Shown: piece after piece, positions 15,768 through 25,678 of the stretch | Numbering within the stretch: the stretch's first letter is position 1 | Layout of the letters: every line of letters begins with the position of its first letter | Virus record (IMG/VR): IMGVR_UViG_3300037482_000312 | Coordinates: 1-40,017 of that record | DNA from: a virus | Taxonomy: Duplodnaviria > Caudoviricetes | Strand: one strand, 5' to 3' | DNA: 40,017 nucleotides | Made by a program: the position numbers and the translations under genes | The notes under the pieces: generated by a model | Told to the model about the DNA's origin: nothing | What the model saw: the letters and a program-made list of their open reading frames with translations, nothing else | The model's database searches: none

Positions 15768-16588
15768 AGTGCTGGACATGCCAGGCGCCCCTCCCGCCGC
15801 GGAAGCCGGGGCCGGGTCGCCGTCAGCGTTACTGTTCCCCCAGGTGCCGCCCGCGGCCTCGACGTGCAGCGCAGGTACGGCGTGGCACGGTGCATAGGTG
15901 CGGAGTGTGCGCCGCCCAATTCTGCCGGTTACGCGAGGCCGCAGGGCCTCAACCTCGATATTGCTCGGACGCCTGCCGCAATCGGAGACCGCCGGCAACG
16001 CGGCGTCGCAAGAACGCCTACAAGGCCGAGAAATACAACATCGATGCGACCCAGCGATGGCACCGGGCCCGCGGCCAGGTCATCGAGTGTCGATACTGCG
16101 GAAGTCTCTTTTGCGAGTTGCGCCGAGCGTCCGGCCGCCGACGAACATTCTGCTCGCGTGCATGCCTGGATAACTGGTACAGCCCACCAGCGCTTCCAGC
16201 GACGTATCTCTGCTCGAAATGCGGAGACCCGATTCGTGGAACGACCAAGTATCCCCGCGCCTATTGCTCGGCCCAGTGCAAACGAGCGCTACGCAACGAC
16301 CGGCGCCTGAACCGCGAGCTGCTGCTCGCACTCCTTGCTCGTGACGGGAACGAATGTTGGATCTGTGGTGAGCCTATCGACCACGGGGTCTGCGCCCCGG
16401 ACCGAATGGCAGCAACGAGCGACCATGTGGTGCCTCTGTCGAACCCGCTCTGGAGGGACAAGTCCCTCGACCCACACGCCGAAACGAACCTGAGGGCGGC
16501 CCATCTCGGCTGCAACGCGAGCCGTGGGAATCGCGTGACGCTCGAGGAGCAGCTCGCTTCCGGGCGCCCTGGCGGGATGGTCGCATGA
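15764..16588 (+). CDS. HNH endonuclease with multiple CxxC/YCS Zn repeats (homing-endonuclease-like)
   Basis: Four CxxC...(Y/F)CSxxC modules, then RDGNECWICG..DHVVPLS...H...NLRAAHLGCNASRG. Confidence 0.85.
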   Translation: MKCWTCQAPLPPRKPGPGRRQRYCSPRCRPRPRRAAQVRRGTVHRCGVCAAQFCRLREAAGPQPRYCSDACRNRRPPATRRRKNAYKAEKYNIDATQRWHRARGQVIECRYCGSLFCELRRASGRRRTFCSRACLDNWYSPPALPATYLCSKCGDPIRGTTKYPRAYCSAQCKRALRNDRRLNRELLLALLARDGNECWICGEPIDHGVCAPDRMAATSDHVVPLSNPLWRDKSLDPHAETNLRAAHLGCNASRGNRVTLEEQLASGRPGGMVA

Positions 16589-18339
16589 GCACGAAGACGC
16601 TGCCCCGGCGGCCTGCCGCAAAGGACCCGCAGTTGCGGCCGCCGCCCGGGGTGGTGACGACGGCGACGCGGCCGGTGGTGCTGCGGGTGGAGCCGGACAA
16701 GCGGCGACGCTGGCGGGCGTGGGTGGACTACCGGGACGGGCAGGAGCCGCGGGAGTTCTACACGGCCGGGCCTTTCGTGATCCGGTTCATCGAGAACTTC
16801 TGTGTGTGTACGGACGGGCAGTGGGTGAACCAGCCGATGGTGCTGCTGGACTGGCAGAAGGACTGGTTGATTGAGGCGTTCGAGCTGGAGGCAGAGACGG
16901 GCCTCCGTCGCTACCGCGAGGTGTTGTTGGGTGTGCCGAAGAAGAACGGCAAGAGCGGGCTCATCGCGGCGGTTGCGCTGTACCTGCTGGGGTTCGACGC
17001 AGAGCCAGCCGCGAAGGTTGTAGTGGCAGGGGCGGGCGAGGAGAGCGCCAACAACGTGTTCGCGCCGGCGCGAAGCATGGTGATCCGGGACGACCACGCG
17101 AAGGAGCCGGGCATCCTGAGTCGCACGTTTGTTCCCTGGGACGAGGAGATCGTTGTTGCGGAGGACACAGAGTCGAAGATATTCCGGGTGGCCGGGAGTC
17201 CGAAACAGACGGAGGGGAAGAACCTTTCGCACGTGATCATCGACGAGTGGCACGAGTGGGACATCCCTCGGCTGGAGCAGAACGCGACGAAGCTGATCAA
17301 CGGGACGGTGACGCGGCGGCAACCACTGGTGCTGAAGATCACGACGCCCGGATGGAACCTGCAGACGCTGTGCGGCCAGGACTACGAGTACGGGACGCGG
17401 GTAGCGGCCGGGGAAGTAGAGGATCGGCGGTTCTTCTTCCGCTGGTTCGAAGCCCCGAAGGAACTGGACTGGCGGAGCGAGGCGTTCATCGCGGCCGCGA
17501 ACCCCAGCTATCCGCACCTGATGACGTGGGCGTTCTACGAGGACAAGTTAAGCGGGAGGCAGCCGGAGCCGGAGTCGAACTACCGCCGCTATTTCGGGGG
17601 CCAGTGGAGCGGCACGCAAGACACATGGCTGCCGCCTGGGACGCTGGCGGCGTGCGTCGCGCCGGAGCTGCAGCTGATCCCCGGCGCCCCGACGTGCCTG
17701 GGCATCGACGCGAGCTCGCGCTACGACTCGACGTCGGTGACGGCCGGGCAGCGCCAGGTGGTGGAACGGACGGACCCCGAGACCGGGGAGCCGGTGAAGC
17801 AGGAGCGTCACGTCTTCCGGAGCTGGATCTGGGAGCGGCCGCTGAACCCGCACACGCGGAAGCCGGACATGACGTGGGTGTTCCCGTGGGAGGAGGAGAT
17901 CATGCCGCTGATCTGGCGGCTGATCGGGGAGTATGACGTGTGGTCGCTGCAGTTCGACCAGGCGTACTTCACGCACGAGGCGCAGGCGATCGCGGACCGC
18001 TGGGATCCGGAGCGGGTCAACGAGTTCTTCCAGGGCGGGAAGAAGATGGAGGAGGCGAGCCAGGGGTTCTACAGCATCTGCGTGAATCGCATCTTCGCCT
18101 ACGACGGGGATCCGGCGTACACGCGGCACCTGGAGAGCGCGGCGGCGGTACAGTCGTCGAGCGGGCGAGCGGGCTGGCGGCTGGTGAAGGGGCGGGCGTC
18201 GTCGTTCATGGACGCGGCGGTGAGCACGGCGATGTGCAACTGGGCGATCGAGAACGTGCCGAACCCGGTGAAGCCGAAAGGGGGGGTCAGCGTGTATATA
18301 CCTGGGGAGGAGACCGAAGGGATGAGGGATGAGGGATGA
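16585..18339 (+). CDS. terL: terminase large subunit (HK97/cos-type)
   Basis: PKKNGKS Walker A, IIDEWH Walker B, ITT motif, ANPS, GIDAS..D, DAAV nuclease motifs. Confidence 0.93.
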   Translation: MSTKTLPRRPAAKDPQLRPPPGVVTTATRPVVLRVEPDKRRRWRAWVDYRDGQEPREFYTAGPFVIRFIENFCVCTDGQWVNQPMVLLDWQKDWLIEAFELEAETGLRRYREVLLGVPKKNGKSGLIAAVALYLLGFDAEPAAKVVVAGAGEESANNVFAPARSMVIRDDHAKEPGILSRTFVPWDEEIVVAEDTESKIFRVAGSPKQTEGKNLSHVIIDEWHEWDIPRLEQNATKLINGTVTRRQPLVLKITTPGWNLQTLCGQDYEYGTRVAAGEVEDRRFFFRWFEAPKELDWRSEAFIAAANPSYPHLMTWAFYEDKLSGRQPEPESNYRRYFGGQWSGTQDTWLPPGTLAACVAPELQLIPGAPTCLGIDASSRYDSTSVTAGQRQVVERTDPETGEPVKQERHVFRSWIWERPLNPHTRKPDMTWVFPWEEEIMPLIWRLIGEYDVWSLQFDQAYFTHEAQAIADRWDPERVNEFFQGGKKMEEASQGFYSICVNRIFAYDGDPAYTRHLESAAAVQSSSGRAGWRLVKGRASSFMDAAVSTAMCNWAIENVPNPVKPKGGVSVYIPGEETEGMRDEG

Positions 18340-18539
18340 GGACTGTGAAGATAGGGTTGGAGCGGGTGTTCCGGCGGCGCCGGCGGCTGGAGCGGTGGGC
18401 GCTGGAGGTGGCCGGGGTGTCCGGGCTGGTGGTTGCGAGCTGGTACAGAATCGATCCGTTCGTGGGGGTTACGCTGGCGAGTGTGTACGCGATCGTCGTA
18501 GCTAACACGGGCGGAGGCGGGAATGCCGGCACTCGGTGA
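18336..18539 (+). CDS. small membrane protein between terL and portal
   Basis: Two hydrophobic segments; typical position. Confidence 0.6.
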   Translation: MRTVKIGLERVFRRRRRLERWALEVAGVSGLVVASWYRIDPFVGVTLASVYAIVVANTGGGGNAGTR

Positions 18540-19875
18540 GCTAGTCCGAGCGGGCGTGAACTCGTTCACCGTGACGAAGGGCGTGGGCGACTTCTCGGGC
18601 GTGTCGGGCCAGATCGACATGCGGAAGCTGACGGCGGCCGGGTTGACGACGGACGAGGCCGGGGCGCTGCGGATCGCAGCGGCGTGGATCGCGGTGACCG
18701 TGATCGCGGACGAAGTGGGTTCCCTGAAGGTGAAGCTGGTGAGGCGGGATGACGCTGAGCGTCGTCCGATCCGGCCACCTGAGCTGCGGGTGTTGTGGGA
18801 GAAGCCGAACGCGGACGACGACGTGATGACCTGGCAGGTGACGAACACGCTGAGCATGGCGCTGTACGGGGTGGCGTACGGGAAGCTGGGGTGGAGCCGG
18901 CGAGGCGTGCTGGAGCATATCTGGCCGATCGACCCGTCGCGGGCGAGCCTGCGGCGCCTGGAGGACGATGCGCTGGAATTGCGCGTGACGGGGATGGACG
19001 AGGTGTTGACGAACCGCCCCGGCCGGCGCCCCGAGTTCCTGAACGTGCCGGTGTACAAGCTGCCGGGGCGGCTGGATCCCGTGAGTCCGGTGCGTATGGC
19101 ATGCGACCTGCTGGGGCTGAGCAAAGCCTACGAGGAGACGGCGGCGAAGCTGATGGGGCGCGGGCTGGCGCCCAGCGCGGTGCTGACGGTCGACGACGAG
19201 CTGGAGCCGGAGGCGAGCGAGCTGCTGAGCCGGCGGTTGACGCGGGTGCACGGCGCAGGATCGCAGACATCAGGCGGCGTCGTGGTGATCGGCGGGAAGA
19301 ACGCAAAGCTACAGCCGTGGACGATGAGCCTGGTCGACGCCCAGTGGCTTGCGGGGAATGAGGCGGTGTTCGAGATTGCGATGGCGCTCTGGCGAGTGCC
19401 GCCGACGGTGGTTGGCATGGTGAGTAAGCCGAGCACGTGGGGGACGGGGATCGCGGAGTTTGCGCGAGGGCTGGAGCGGTTCACGTTGCGGCCGTACGTG
19501 GAGCGCATGCAGTCGCGGTACCAGGCGACGGTGCCGGCGTGGACGCCGGGTTTCGAGGACGTGCAGGTCAAGTTGCCGTTCGAAAGCTTGCTGTCGGCCT
19601 CGCCGAAGGAGCGGTCGGAGATCGACCGGTCGCGGTTGATGAACGGGACAACGTCGATCGAGCGTGTACTGGCGCGGGACGACGAGCCGCCGTTCGACGA
19701 TGGCGAGACGCGGTTCACGCAGCTGGCACTGGCGACGGAAGAGGACCGCCGGCTCGGGCGGATTGAGAAGGCGGCGAAGGCGGCGTCGGCGCTCATCGCT
19801 GCCGGCGTGTCAACGGCGGACGCGTTCGCAGCGGTGGGGCTGGACGTTGTCCTGGGGGAGCCCACCCCGGACTAA
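18523..19875 (+). CDS. portal protein (HK97 family)
   Basis: IADEVGSL, KPN, YGVAY, WPIDP, SPV, PSAVL, IAMALWRVPP motifs. Confidence 0.9.
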   Translation: MPALGELVRAGVNSFTVTKGVGDFSGVSGQIDMRKLTAAGLTTDEAGALRIAAAWIAVTVIADEVGSLKVKLVRRDDAERRPIRPPELRVLWEKPNADDDVMTWQVTNTLSMALYGVAYGKLGWSRRGVLEHIWPIDPSRASLRRLEDDALELRVTGMDEVLTNRPGRRPEFLNVPVYKLPGRLDPVSPVRMACDLLGLSKAYEETAAKLMGRGLAPSAVLTVDDELEPEASELLSRRLTRVHGAGSQTSGGVVVIGGKNAKLQPWTMSLVDAQWLAGNEAVFEIAMALWRVPPTVVGMVSKPSTWGTGIAEFARGLERFTLRPYVERMQSRYQATVPAWTPGFEDVQVKLPFESLLSASPKERSEIDRSRLMNGTTSIERVLARDDEPPFDDGETRFTQLALATEEDRRLGRIEKAAKAASALIAAGVSTADAFAAVGLDVVLGEPTPD

Positions 19876-19932
19876 GGGCCGAATCCCCGAGGTAGAGCGG
19901 CATCGATACTGGGCTCTGCGGAGGGCAGCACA

Positions 19933-20745
19933 TTGCCGACGTTCCGGGAGCTGGTACAGGAGTGGAGGCGTGGCCGGGGGAACCGGGCACCGTCGGGGCT
20001 CAACGTCGCTGGCGGCGTTGCGACGGTCTACATCTACGACGTGATCGGCGAGGATTTCTGGACCGGAGGAGGCGTGATCGCCCGTGACCTGGTGCCGGAG
20101 ATCCAGGCGTTGCAGGCGACGAAGATCATGGTGCGGGTGAACAGCCCGGGCGGGTCGATCAGCGACGCGGTAGCGATCCGGAACGCGCTAACCGAGCACC
20201 CGGCGGAGATTGAGACGCACATCGACGGCGCGGCGTACTCCGCGGCCTCGTGGGTGGGGATGGCCGGCGGCGAGGTGCTGATGCACCCGCAGACGAGCAT
20301 GTTCGTCCATGACGGGATCACGTTTGCCTTCGGGAACGAGGACGACCTGCGGCGGGAAGCGGACTTTATTGGTGCGCTCTCGGGGCAGATTGCCGAGATG
20401 TACGCGGCGAAGGCGGGCGGAACGGTGGATGAGTGGCGGGCCGTGATGAAAGCGGAGCGGTTCTACACGGCGGAGGAAGCCGTGGAGGCGGGGCTGAGCG
20501 ACAGGGTGATTACCGTGGCGCCCCCCGAGAACGCATTGAGCGCACAAGAGCCGACGAAACGGGACGCCGAGCGGGCACTGCGGGATGCAGGGTTCAGCCG
20601 GGACGCTTCGAAGGCCCTGGTGTCGTCTGGATGGGCAGCGATGACGCGGGACGCGGGCGGAGCTGAGGAGAGCAACGCGGAGCTGGTGGCCGAAGTGCTG
20701 CGGTTCCAACGCAATCGCGCGGCGGCGCTGACCGCCGGGAGGTGA
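19933..20745 (+). CDS. ClpP-like prohead protease
   Basis: IYDVIG, VNSPGG, IDGAAYSAASW, MFVH, AEEAVEAGLSD. Confidence 0.9.
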   Translation: MPTFRELVQEWRRGRGNRAPSGLNVAGGVATVYIYDVIGEDFWTGGGVIARDLVPEIQALQATKIMVRVNSPGGSISDAVAIRNALTEHPAEIETHIDGAAYSAASWVGMAGGEVLMHPQTSMFVHDGITFAFGNEDDLRREADFIGALSGQIAEMYAAKAGGTVDEWRAVMKAERFYTAEEAVEAGLSDRVITVAPPENALSAQEPTKRDAERALRDAGFSRDASKALVSSGWAAMTRDAGGAEESNAELVAEVLRFQRNRAAALTAGR

Positions 20746-20749
20746 GGAC

Positions 20750-22090
20750 ATGACGTTCAAGATCGACATCGGCAAAGACGGGCTGCGGATCCCGGAGCTG
20801 ACGCCGGAGCAGGTGAACACGGCGCACTTCGAGCGCTGTGAGCTGCTCGACAAGGTGATCGGTGAGGCCGGGGAGAACCTGGACCCGTCGAAGGTGAGCA
20901 CCGTGAACTTCGCCAACGGCCAGGAAATGGCGACGTGGGTGCGGAACGCGAACGCCGACATCGACCTGGTGGGTAAGCGAGTGAGCGAGCTCGCCGAGAT
21001 CGAGAAGGCGGCGCAGACCGCGCGCAACGGGGTTGTCGAGGGCCGCAAGCCAGCGAACGGGCGGACGAGCTGGGCGCCCGGTGCGGAGCAGCGGAACGGT
21101 CCTCCGCGGCCGCGGAGCCTGGCGAACCTCGTGACGGACACGGAGGAGTTCAAGGCCTGGCAGGCGCGCGGCGCCAACGGTGGGATCGACCTGTCGTTCG
21201 CGGACGTGGCGCCCTCGGAGCTGTTCGCGGCGGCCGCGCAGTTCCGGACGATGAACACGCTGTTCGAGACCGGAGCCGGCTGGGCCCCGGAGTCGGTCCG
21301 CCTGCCCGGTTTCGTGCCGGCTGTGGCGCGGCCGGTGCAGCTGATCGACATTCTGCCGATGGCGGAGACGGGGCAGGAGAAGATCGTCTACATGGAAGAG
21401 ACGACGCGGACGCACTCCGCGGCGGAGAAGGCCGAGGGTGTCGCATTCGCTGAGTCGACGTTCGCGCTGACGGAGCAGGAGTCCTCGGTCCGCAAGATCA
21501 CCGACTCGGTCCCGGTCACGGACGAGCAGCTGGACGACGTGCCCCAGGCGGAGTCGTACCTGACCGGGCGGCTGGTGTTCGGGCTGCGGCAGCGGTTGGA
21601 CACGCAGGTTCTGACCGGAAACGGGACGCCGCCGAACCTGACGGGCATCAAGAACACGGCGAGCATCCAGACGCAGGCGAAGGGCGCTGACCCGATCGAG
21701 CAGCCGTTCTTCAAGGCGATGACGAAGCTGCGAGTGACGGGGCGGGTGACGCCGACGCATCACCTGATCCACCCGACGGACTGGGAAACCATCCGGCTAC
21801 GGCGTACGGATGACGGGATCTACATCTGGGGGAACCCGTCGGAGGCGGGCCCGGAACGGATGTGGGGCCTGCCGATCGTGCAGATTGACGCGGACGCGGC
21901 GGGCAGGGGGTACACCATTTCGGCGCTGCCGGCGTGGATGAGCCTGTTCGAGCGGCGCGGGATCGACATCCAGATGGGCTACGTGGGCGACCAGTTCAAG
22001 GAAGGGAAGCGAACGATCCGGGGCGACACGCGCTGGGCGTTCGTGGTCTTCCGGCCGGCGGCCATCTGTGCGACGACGGGCCTGAGCTAA
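20750..22090 (+). CDS. major capsid protein (HK97 fold)
   Basis: AEG..FAES, QLDDVPQ, VLTGNG, HPTDW, DG.YIW, MWGLP, RPAA. Confidence 0.93.
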   Translation: MTFKIDIGKDGLRIPELTPEQVNTAHFERCELLDKVIGEAGENLDPSKVSTVNFANGQEMATWVRNANADIDLVGKRVSELAEIEKAAQTARNGVVEGRKPANGRTSWAPGAEQRNGPPRPRSLANLVTDTEEFKAWQARGANGGIDLSFADVAPSELFAAAAQFRTMNTLFETGAGWAPESVRLPGFVPAVARPVQLIDILPMAETGQEKIVYMEETTRTHSAAEKAEGVAFAESTFALTEQESSVRKITDSVPVTDEQLDDVPQAESYLTGRLVFGLRQRLDTQVLTGNGTPPNLTGIKNTASIQTQAKGADPIEQPFFKAMTKLRVTGRVTPTHHLIHPTDWETIRLRRTDDGIYIWGNPSEAGPERMWGLPIVQIDADAAGRGYTISALPAWMSLFERRGIDIQMGYVGDQFKEGKRTIRGDTRWAFVVFRPAAICATTGLS

Positions 22091-22108
22091 GCGACAGCAT
22101 CCCCGCAG

Positions 22109-22142
22109 CCGGTGCCGGGGGACCCCCTCCCCCAGGCACCGG
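22109..22142 (+). other. strong hairpin after the capsid gene, no U-tract
   Basis: CCGGTGCC-GGGGGA-ccccc-TCCCCC-a-GGCACCGG. Confidence 0.55.
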
Positions 22143-22168
22143 AACAGCCGGGAGAAGGAGGCAGTGCA

Positions 22169-23050
22169 ATGCCAACGTTGGAAGGGGCCCGGCGGCTCTT
22201 GACGCTGGTCTATGGCGGGCCGGCGGATACCACGGGAGTGCTGGCGGCGGTGCAGGACACAGGCGCGCAGCAGGTGATCGCGCGGGGGATCCGGGGGCCG
22301 GCGTTCCCGAGCCGCATAACGGCAACGGCGGGCGGGACCGCGGGCGACATCAAGGCGATCCAGGTCATCATCGACGGCGTGGCGCCCGGCGGCGAAGTGA
22401 TCCAGGAGTCGCTGCCGGCGTTCACGGTGAACACGGCGGGCACGGTTACGGGCGTGAAGGTGTTCGAGCGGGTGACGCAGATCACGATCCCGGCGCACGA
22501 CGGCACTGGAGCGACGACGGCCGTAGGAGTGGCGGGGTCGCCGCTGGCGGCCGACGCCGACGGGATCATGCTGGCGCTGACGGACGACGGTGCCGAGGCC
22601 GTAGTGACGAGCGGGTTCTCGCAGCCGGATGTGCCGAGGAACGTGACGGCGACAGCCGGCGGGGCCGGGGGAGACATCAAGGCGATCCAGGTAGTCGTCG
22701 ACGGAACGAACGCCGAGGGCGTGGCAATCCAGGAGACCCTGCCGGCGTTCACCGTGGACACGCCCGGCACGGTGGCCGGCACGAAGGCCTTCAAGACGGT
22801 GACGCAGGTGACGATCCCGGCGCACGACGGCACGGGAGCGACGACGGCGATCGGGTTCGGCGACGTGCTGGGCATCGGCGAGCGCCTGGCGCGGAACACG
22901 GTTAACCGTGCATACCTGGCGGAGGTCGCCGAGGCGACGGCCCCGACCGTGGTGGCCGACGCCGCCGACCTCGAGGACAACACATTCGACCTTGACTCTG
23001 CGCTCGACGGGACGCAGGTAAAGCTGGAGCTGGTCAGGACACGCAGCTAA
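22169..23050 (+). CDS. virion protein with an internal tandem domain duplication (decoration-like)
   Basis: AAGGAGG RBS; two copies of ATAGG..GDIKAIQV...LPAFTV...VTQ.TIPAHDGTGATTA offset by 327 bp. Confidence 0.7.
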   Translation: MPTLEGARRLLTLVYGGPADTTGVLAAVQDTGAQQVIARGIRGPAFPSRITATAGGTAGDIKAIQVIIDGVAPGGEVIQESLPAFTVNTAGTVTGVKVFERVTQITIPAHDGTGATTAVGVAGSPLAADADGIMLALTDDGAEAVVTSGFSQPDVPRNVTATAGGAGGDIKAIQVVVDGTNAEGVAIQETLPAFTVDTPGTVAGTKAFKTVTQVTIPAHDGTGATTAIGFGDVLGIGERLARNTVNRAYLAEVAEATAPTVVADAADLEDNTFDLDSALDGTQVKLELVRTRS

Positions 23051-23075
23051 CCGGCCGGGAGGCCCAGGAGGAACA

Positions 23076-23636
23076 GTGATGACCCAGGAAGTAATGCAAC
23101 GGCACGGGCGGCTGTACCAGCCGTCGGTCGACGGGCGGATATTCCACGCGCAAACGGCGGTGACCGGCGTGGCGCCGGGCACTTCGCTCGGCACGACAGC
23201 GGCGTTCGCGCTGCACAACCCGGCAGGTTCGGGCGCAAAGCTGGCTGTCCAGCGGGCGCAGCTGGCGTACGTTTCCGGCACGCTCGGGTCGGGCATCGTG
23301 TACCACGCGATGAACCCGATCCCGGTGAGCGCGGTGCCGTCGGGGACGGCGATCGTGCCGTCGCCGGCGAAGATCAACGGTTCGGAAGTGTCGAGGGCGA
23401 AGCCGCTGACAACCGCGACCGTGGTCGCGCCGACGCCGATTCGCCCGTTCTGCACGCTGTCGCCGATGCTGGCGACCTCCGTCCTGGGCGTGTTCCCGGT
23501 GGTGGAGGTCGTTGACGGCGACATCATCGTGCTGGAGGGGACCACATACATCCTCCATTCGGTCGCCGCCGCCGGCACCTCGCCGCTGGTTGTGTTCGGG
23601 GTGACCTGGGAAGAAATCCCTGACGGGGTGGCGTAA
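23076..23636 (+). CDS. putative virion structural protein
   Basis: AGGAGG RBS; beta-rich Ala/Val/Thr composition. Confidence 0.65.
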   Translation: MMTQEVMQRHGRLYQPSVDGRIFHAQTAVTGVAPGTSLGTTAAFALHNPAGSGAKLAVQRAQLAYVSGTLGSGIVYHAMNPIPVSAVPSGTAIVPSPAKINGSEVSRAKPLTTATVVAPTPIRPFCTLSPMLATSVLGVFPVVEVVDGDIIVLEGTTYILHSVAAAGTSPLVVFGVTWEEIPDGVA

Positions 23637-23639
23637 GCC

Positions 23640-24080
23640 ATGGAACTCTCGATCGCGCAGCTGCGGGGCGAGCTCGCGGGCGGGCAGTGGATCAGCCCGC
23701 GGCGGCTCTGCGTGACGGCCGATGGCCGGATCGTAACCGAGGACGACCCGGCTGCCGCGTTTCTCCTGGTCGGCGCAGGAGGCTCGTTGCCGATGGCGGA
23801 AGCCGAGCGGTATGGATTGCTGAGGGCGGAGGGAAGAGCGGAGAGCGGAGAGCCAGCGCGGCCGGTGGGCCCGGCCGCCGACAACGACGACGGGCTGAAC
23901 GACCGGACCAAGGCGGAGCTGAAGGCGCTGGCTGAGGCGGAGGGCATCAAGCTCGGGAAGGCGCGGTCGAACGCGGACATCATCGCGGTGATCCGGAAGG
24001 AACGCGGCGAGCAGAAAGCGGAGAGCGCCGGGCCGGCGGCCCCGGCCGAGAAGTCCACGGCTGATAAGCCGCAGGAGTAG
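23640..24080 (+). CDS. protein with a HeH/Rho-N-like motif
   Basis: TKAELKALAEAEGIKL...NADIIAVI. Confidence 0.6.
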   Translation: MELSIAQLRGELAGGQWISPRRLCVTADGRIVTEDDPAAAFLLVGAGGSLPMAEAERYGLLRAEGRAESGEPARPVGPAADNDDGLNDRTKAELKALAEAEGIKLGKARSNADIIAVIRKERGEQKAESAGPAAPAEKSTADKPQE

Positions 24081-24083
24081 CGG

Positions 24084-24983
24084 GTGAGCGGCGGGGCGAG
24101 CAGGGAGCGGATACTGCGGGACACGCCGCACACGATCTCGTACCAGCCATATGGCGCGGACGGTCTCCCGCAGACGCCGAGCTCGGGGACGGTCACGGTG
24201 ACGACCGAGGGCGGGGACGTGCTGGTGTCCGCCGGAACGGTGACGATGGTGGGGTCGCTGGCCACCTACGCCCTGACGGTGACCCACACGGCGGACGTGA
24301 AGCGCATTACGGCGGCCTGGTCGCTGGTCATTGGAGGAGTGGCGCAGGAGTTCACGACGACTTACGAGATCGTCGACGAGCGCCTCTTCACGGAGGTGGA
24401 GGCGCGGGCCTTCGACAACAACACTTTGCTCGACGCCGCGGTCTACCCGGACGCGAAGCTGATCCAGGGGCGGGACCGGATCCATGACGCCTTCGAGCGG
24501 ATCGTCCGCGCCGGCATCGGGACCAGGTACGCGCGGCAGCTCTTCAACGGGACGGGCACGCGGGAGCTGGACCTGCAGCGCATGTGCGTGACGGCCATCC
24601 AGTCGGTGAGAGAGCGAACCGTGGGGACGCAGACGTGGACGGCGTACACGGCGGAGGAGCTGGCGGACGTCTTCATCGACGCTGGCGGGTTGCTGGTGAG
24701 GGAGACCCTGGGGTCGTTCACGGCGGGTCGGCTGAACGTGGCGGTGGAGTACGAACACGGGCTGCGGCCAATCCCGGACGACCTGCGGCGGGCGGCGCTA
24801 TGGGTGCTGCGCTACGAGCTGGTGCCGAGCAACATCGACCGCCGGACGACGACGTTGGTGGACCAGATGGGGACGTTCACGCTGGCGACGCCGGGGCAGC
24901 GGGGGAGCTGGTACGGGCTGCCAGAGGTGGACGTCGTGTTGAACCACTACCGGGGCCGGTACAACGTCCCGGCGATCGCGTAG
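24084..24983 (+). CDS. head-tail connector/adaptor with N-terminal Ig-like extension
   Basis: V.VEYEHG..IPDDLRRAAL...GLPEVDVVLNHY; position. Confidence 0.7.
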   Translation: MSGGASRERILRDTPHTISYQPYGADGLPQTPSSGTVTVTTEGGDVLVSAGTVTMVGSLATYALTVTHTADVKRITAAWSLVIGGVAQEFTTTYEIVDERLFTEVEARAFDNNTLLDAAVYPDAKLIQGRDRIHDAFERIVRAGIGTRYARQLFNGTGTRELDLQRMCVTAIQSVRERTVGTQTWTAYTAEELADVFIDAGGLLVRETLGSFTAGRLNVAVEYEHGLRPIPDDLRRAALWVLRYELVPSNIDRRTTTLVDQMGTFTLATPGQRGSWYGLPEVDVVLNHYRGRYNVPAIA

Positions 24984-24992
24984 CGAGGGACG

Positions 24993-25448
24993 ATGGCGAC
25001 GACGACGCAGCTCCACGTGGTGAAGAACGCCCTCGCGGACGCGCTGGCATTACTGCCGGCGCTGTCGGGCGTGCAGATCGGGACGGCCTACCTGGGGGAC
25101 GAGAGCGCGCTGGAGAGCATCCAGTTCCGGTCGCCGGACCGTGCCGTGCAGAACTGGGTGCACGAGGGGCGGCTGACGCGCGAGGAGGAGATGACGATTG
25201 ACGGTGTGGTGTGGGTGGTGAAGCCGGGGAAGGGGGAGACGATCATCCGAGCCGCCCGTGGCCGCGCGGTGGAGCTCTGGGCGGCGGTCGAGGGATACCT
25301 GCGCGGTTCGACCGCGGGGGTGACGATCGAGAACACGGTCCTGATGGTGACGACGACGGCGTACGGGACGGAGGAGGGGATTCACCCTCAAGGCCGGTAC
25401 TGTCAACTGGAGTTCAGCATCACGGCGAAGGTCAGGCTGCGGGTCTGA
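24993..25448 (+). CDS. tail terminator/completion protein
   Basis: Size, position before tail tube. Confidence 0.55.
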   Translation: MATTTQLHVVKNALADALALLPALSGVQIGTAYLGDESALESIQFRSPDRAVQNWVHEGRLTREEEMTIDGVVWVVKPGKGETIIRAARGRAVELWAAVEGYLRGSTAGVTIENTVLMVTTTAYGTEEGIHPQGRYCQLEFSITAKVRLRV

Positions 25449-25486
25449 CCGTTGAGGATGCCGCCGCCAGGCGAGGGAGCGCAGCA

Positions 25487-25675
25487 ATGGGAGAAGTCGA
25501 GATCGTCTACGTGGGGCCGCTGGTAAGCGTTGTCGTGCCGGAACACGGCCCGGACGAGTTTCCACACGGGAAGCCCGTGAAAGTGGCAGGCGCGCTCGCT
25601 GAGCGGCTACTGGAGCAGAAAGCGAACTGGGCGAAGGCGCCCCGCGGCCGTGTGACCGCCGGCGAGGAGGAGTAA
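25487..25675 (+). CDS. small hypothetical protein
   Basis: IVYVGP...V.V...LAERLLEQ; RBS present. Confidence 0.6.
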   Translation: MGEVEIVYVGPLVSVVVPEHGPDEFPHGKPVKVAGALAERLLEQKANWAKAPRGRVTAGEEE

Positions 25676-25678
25676 GCG

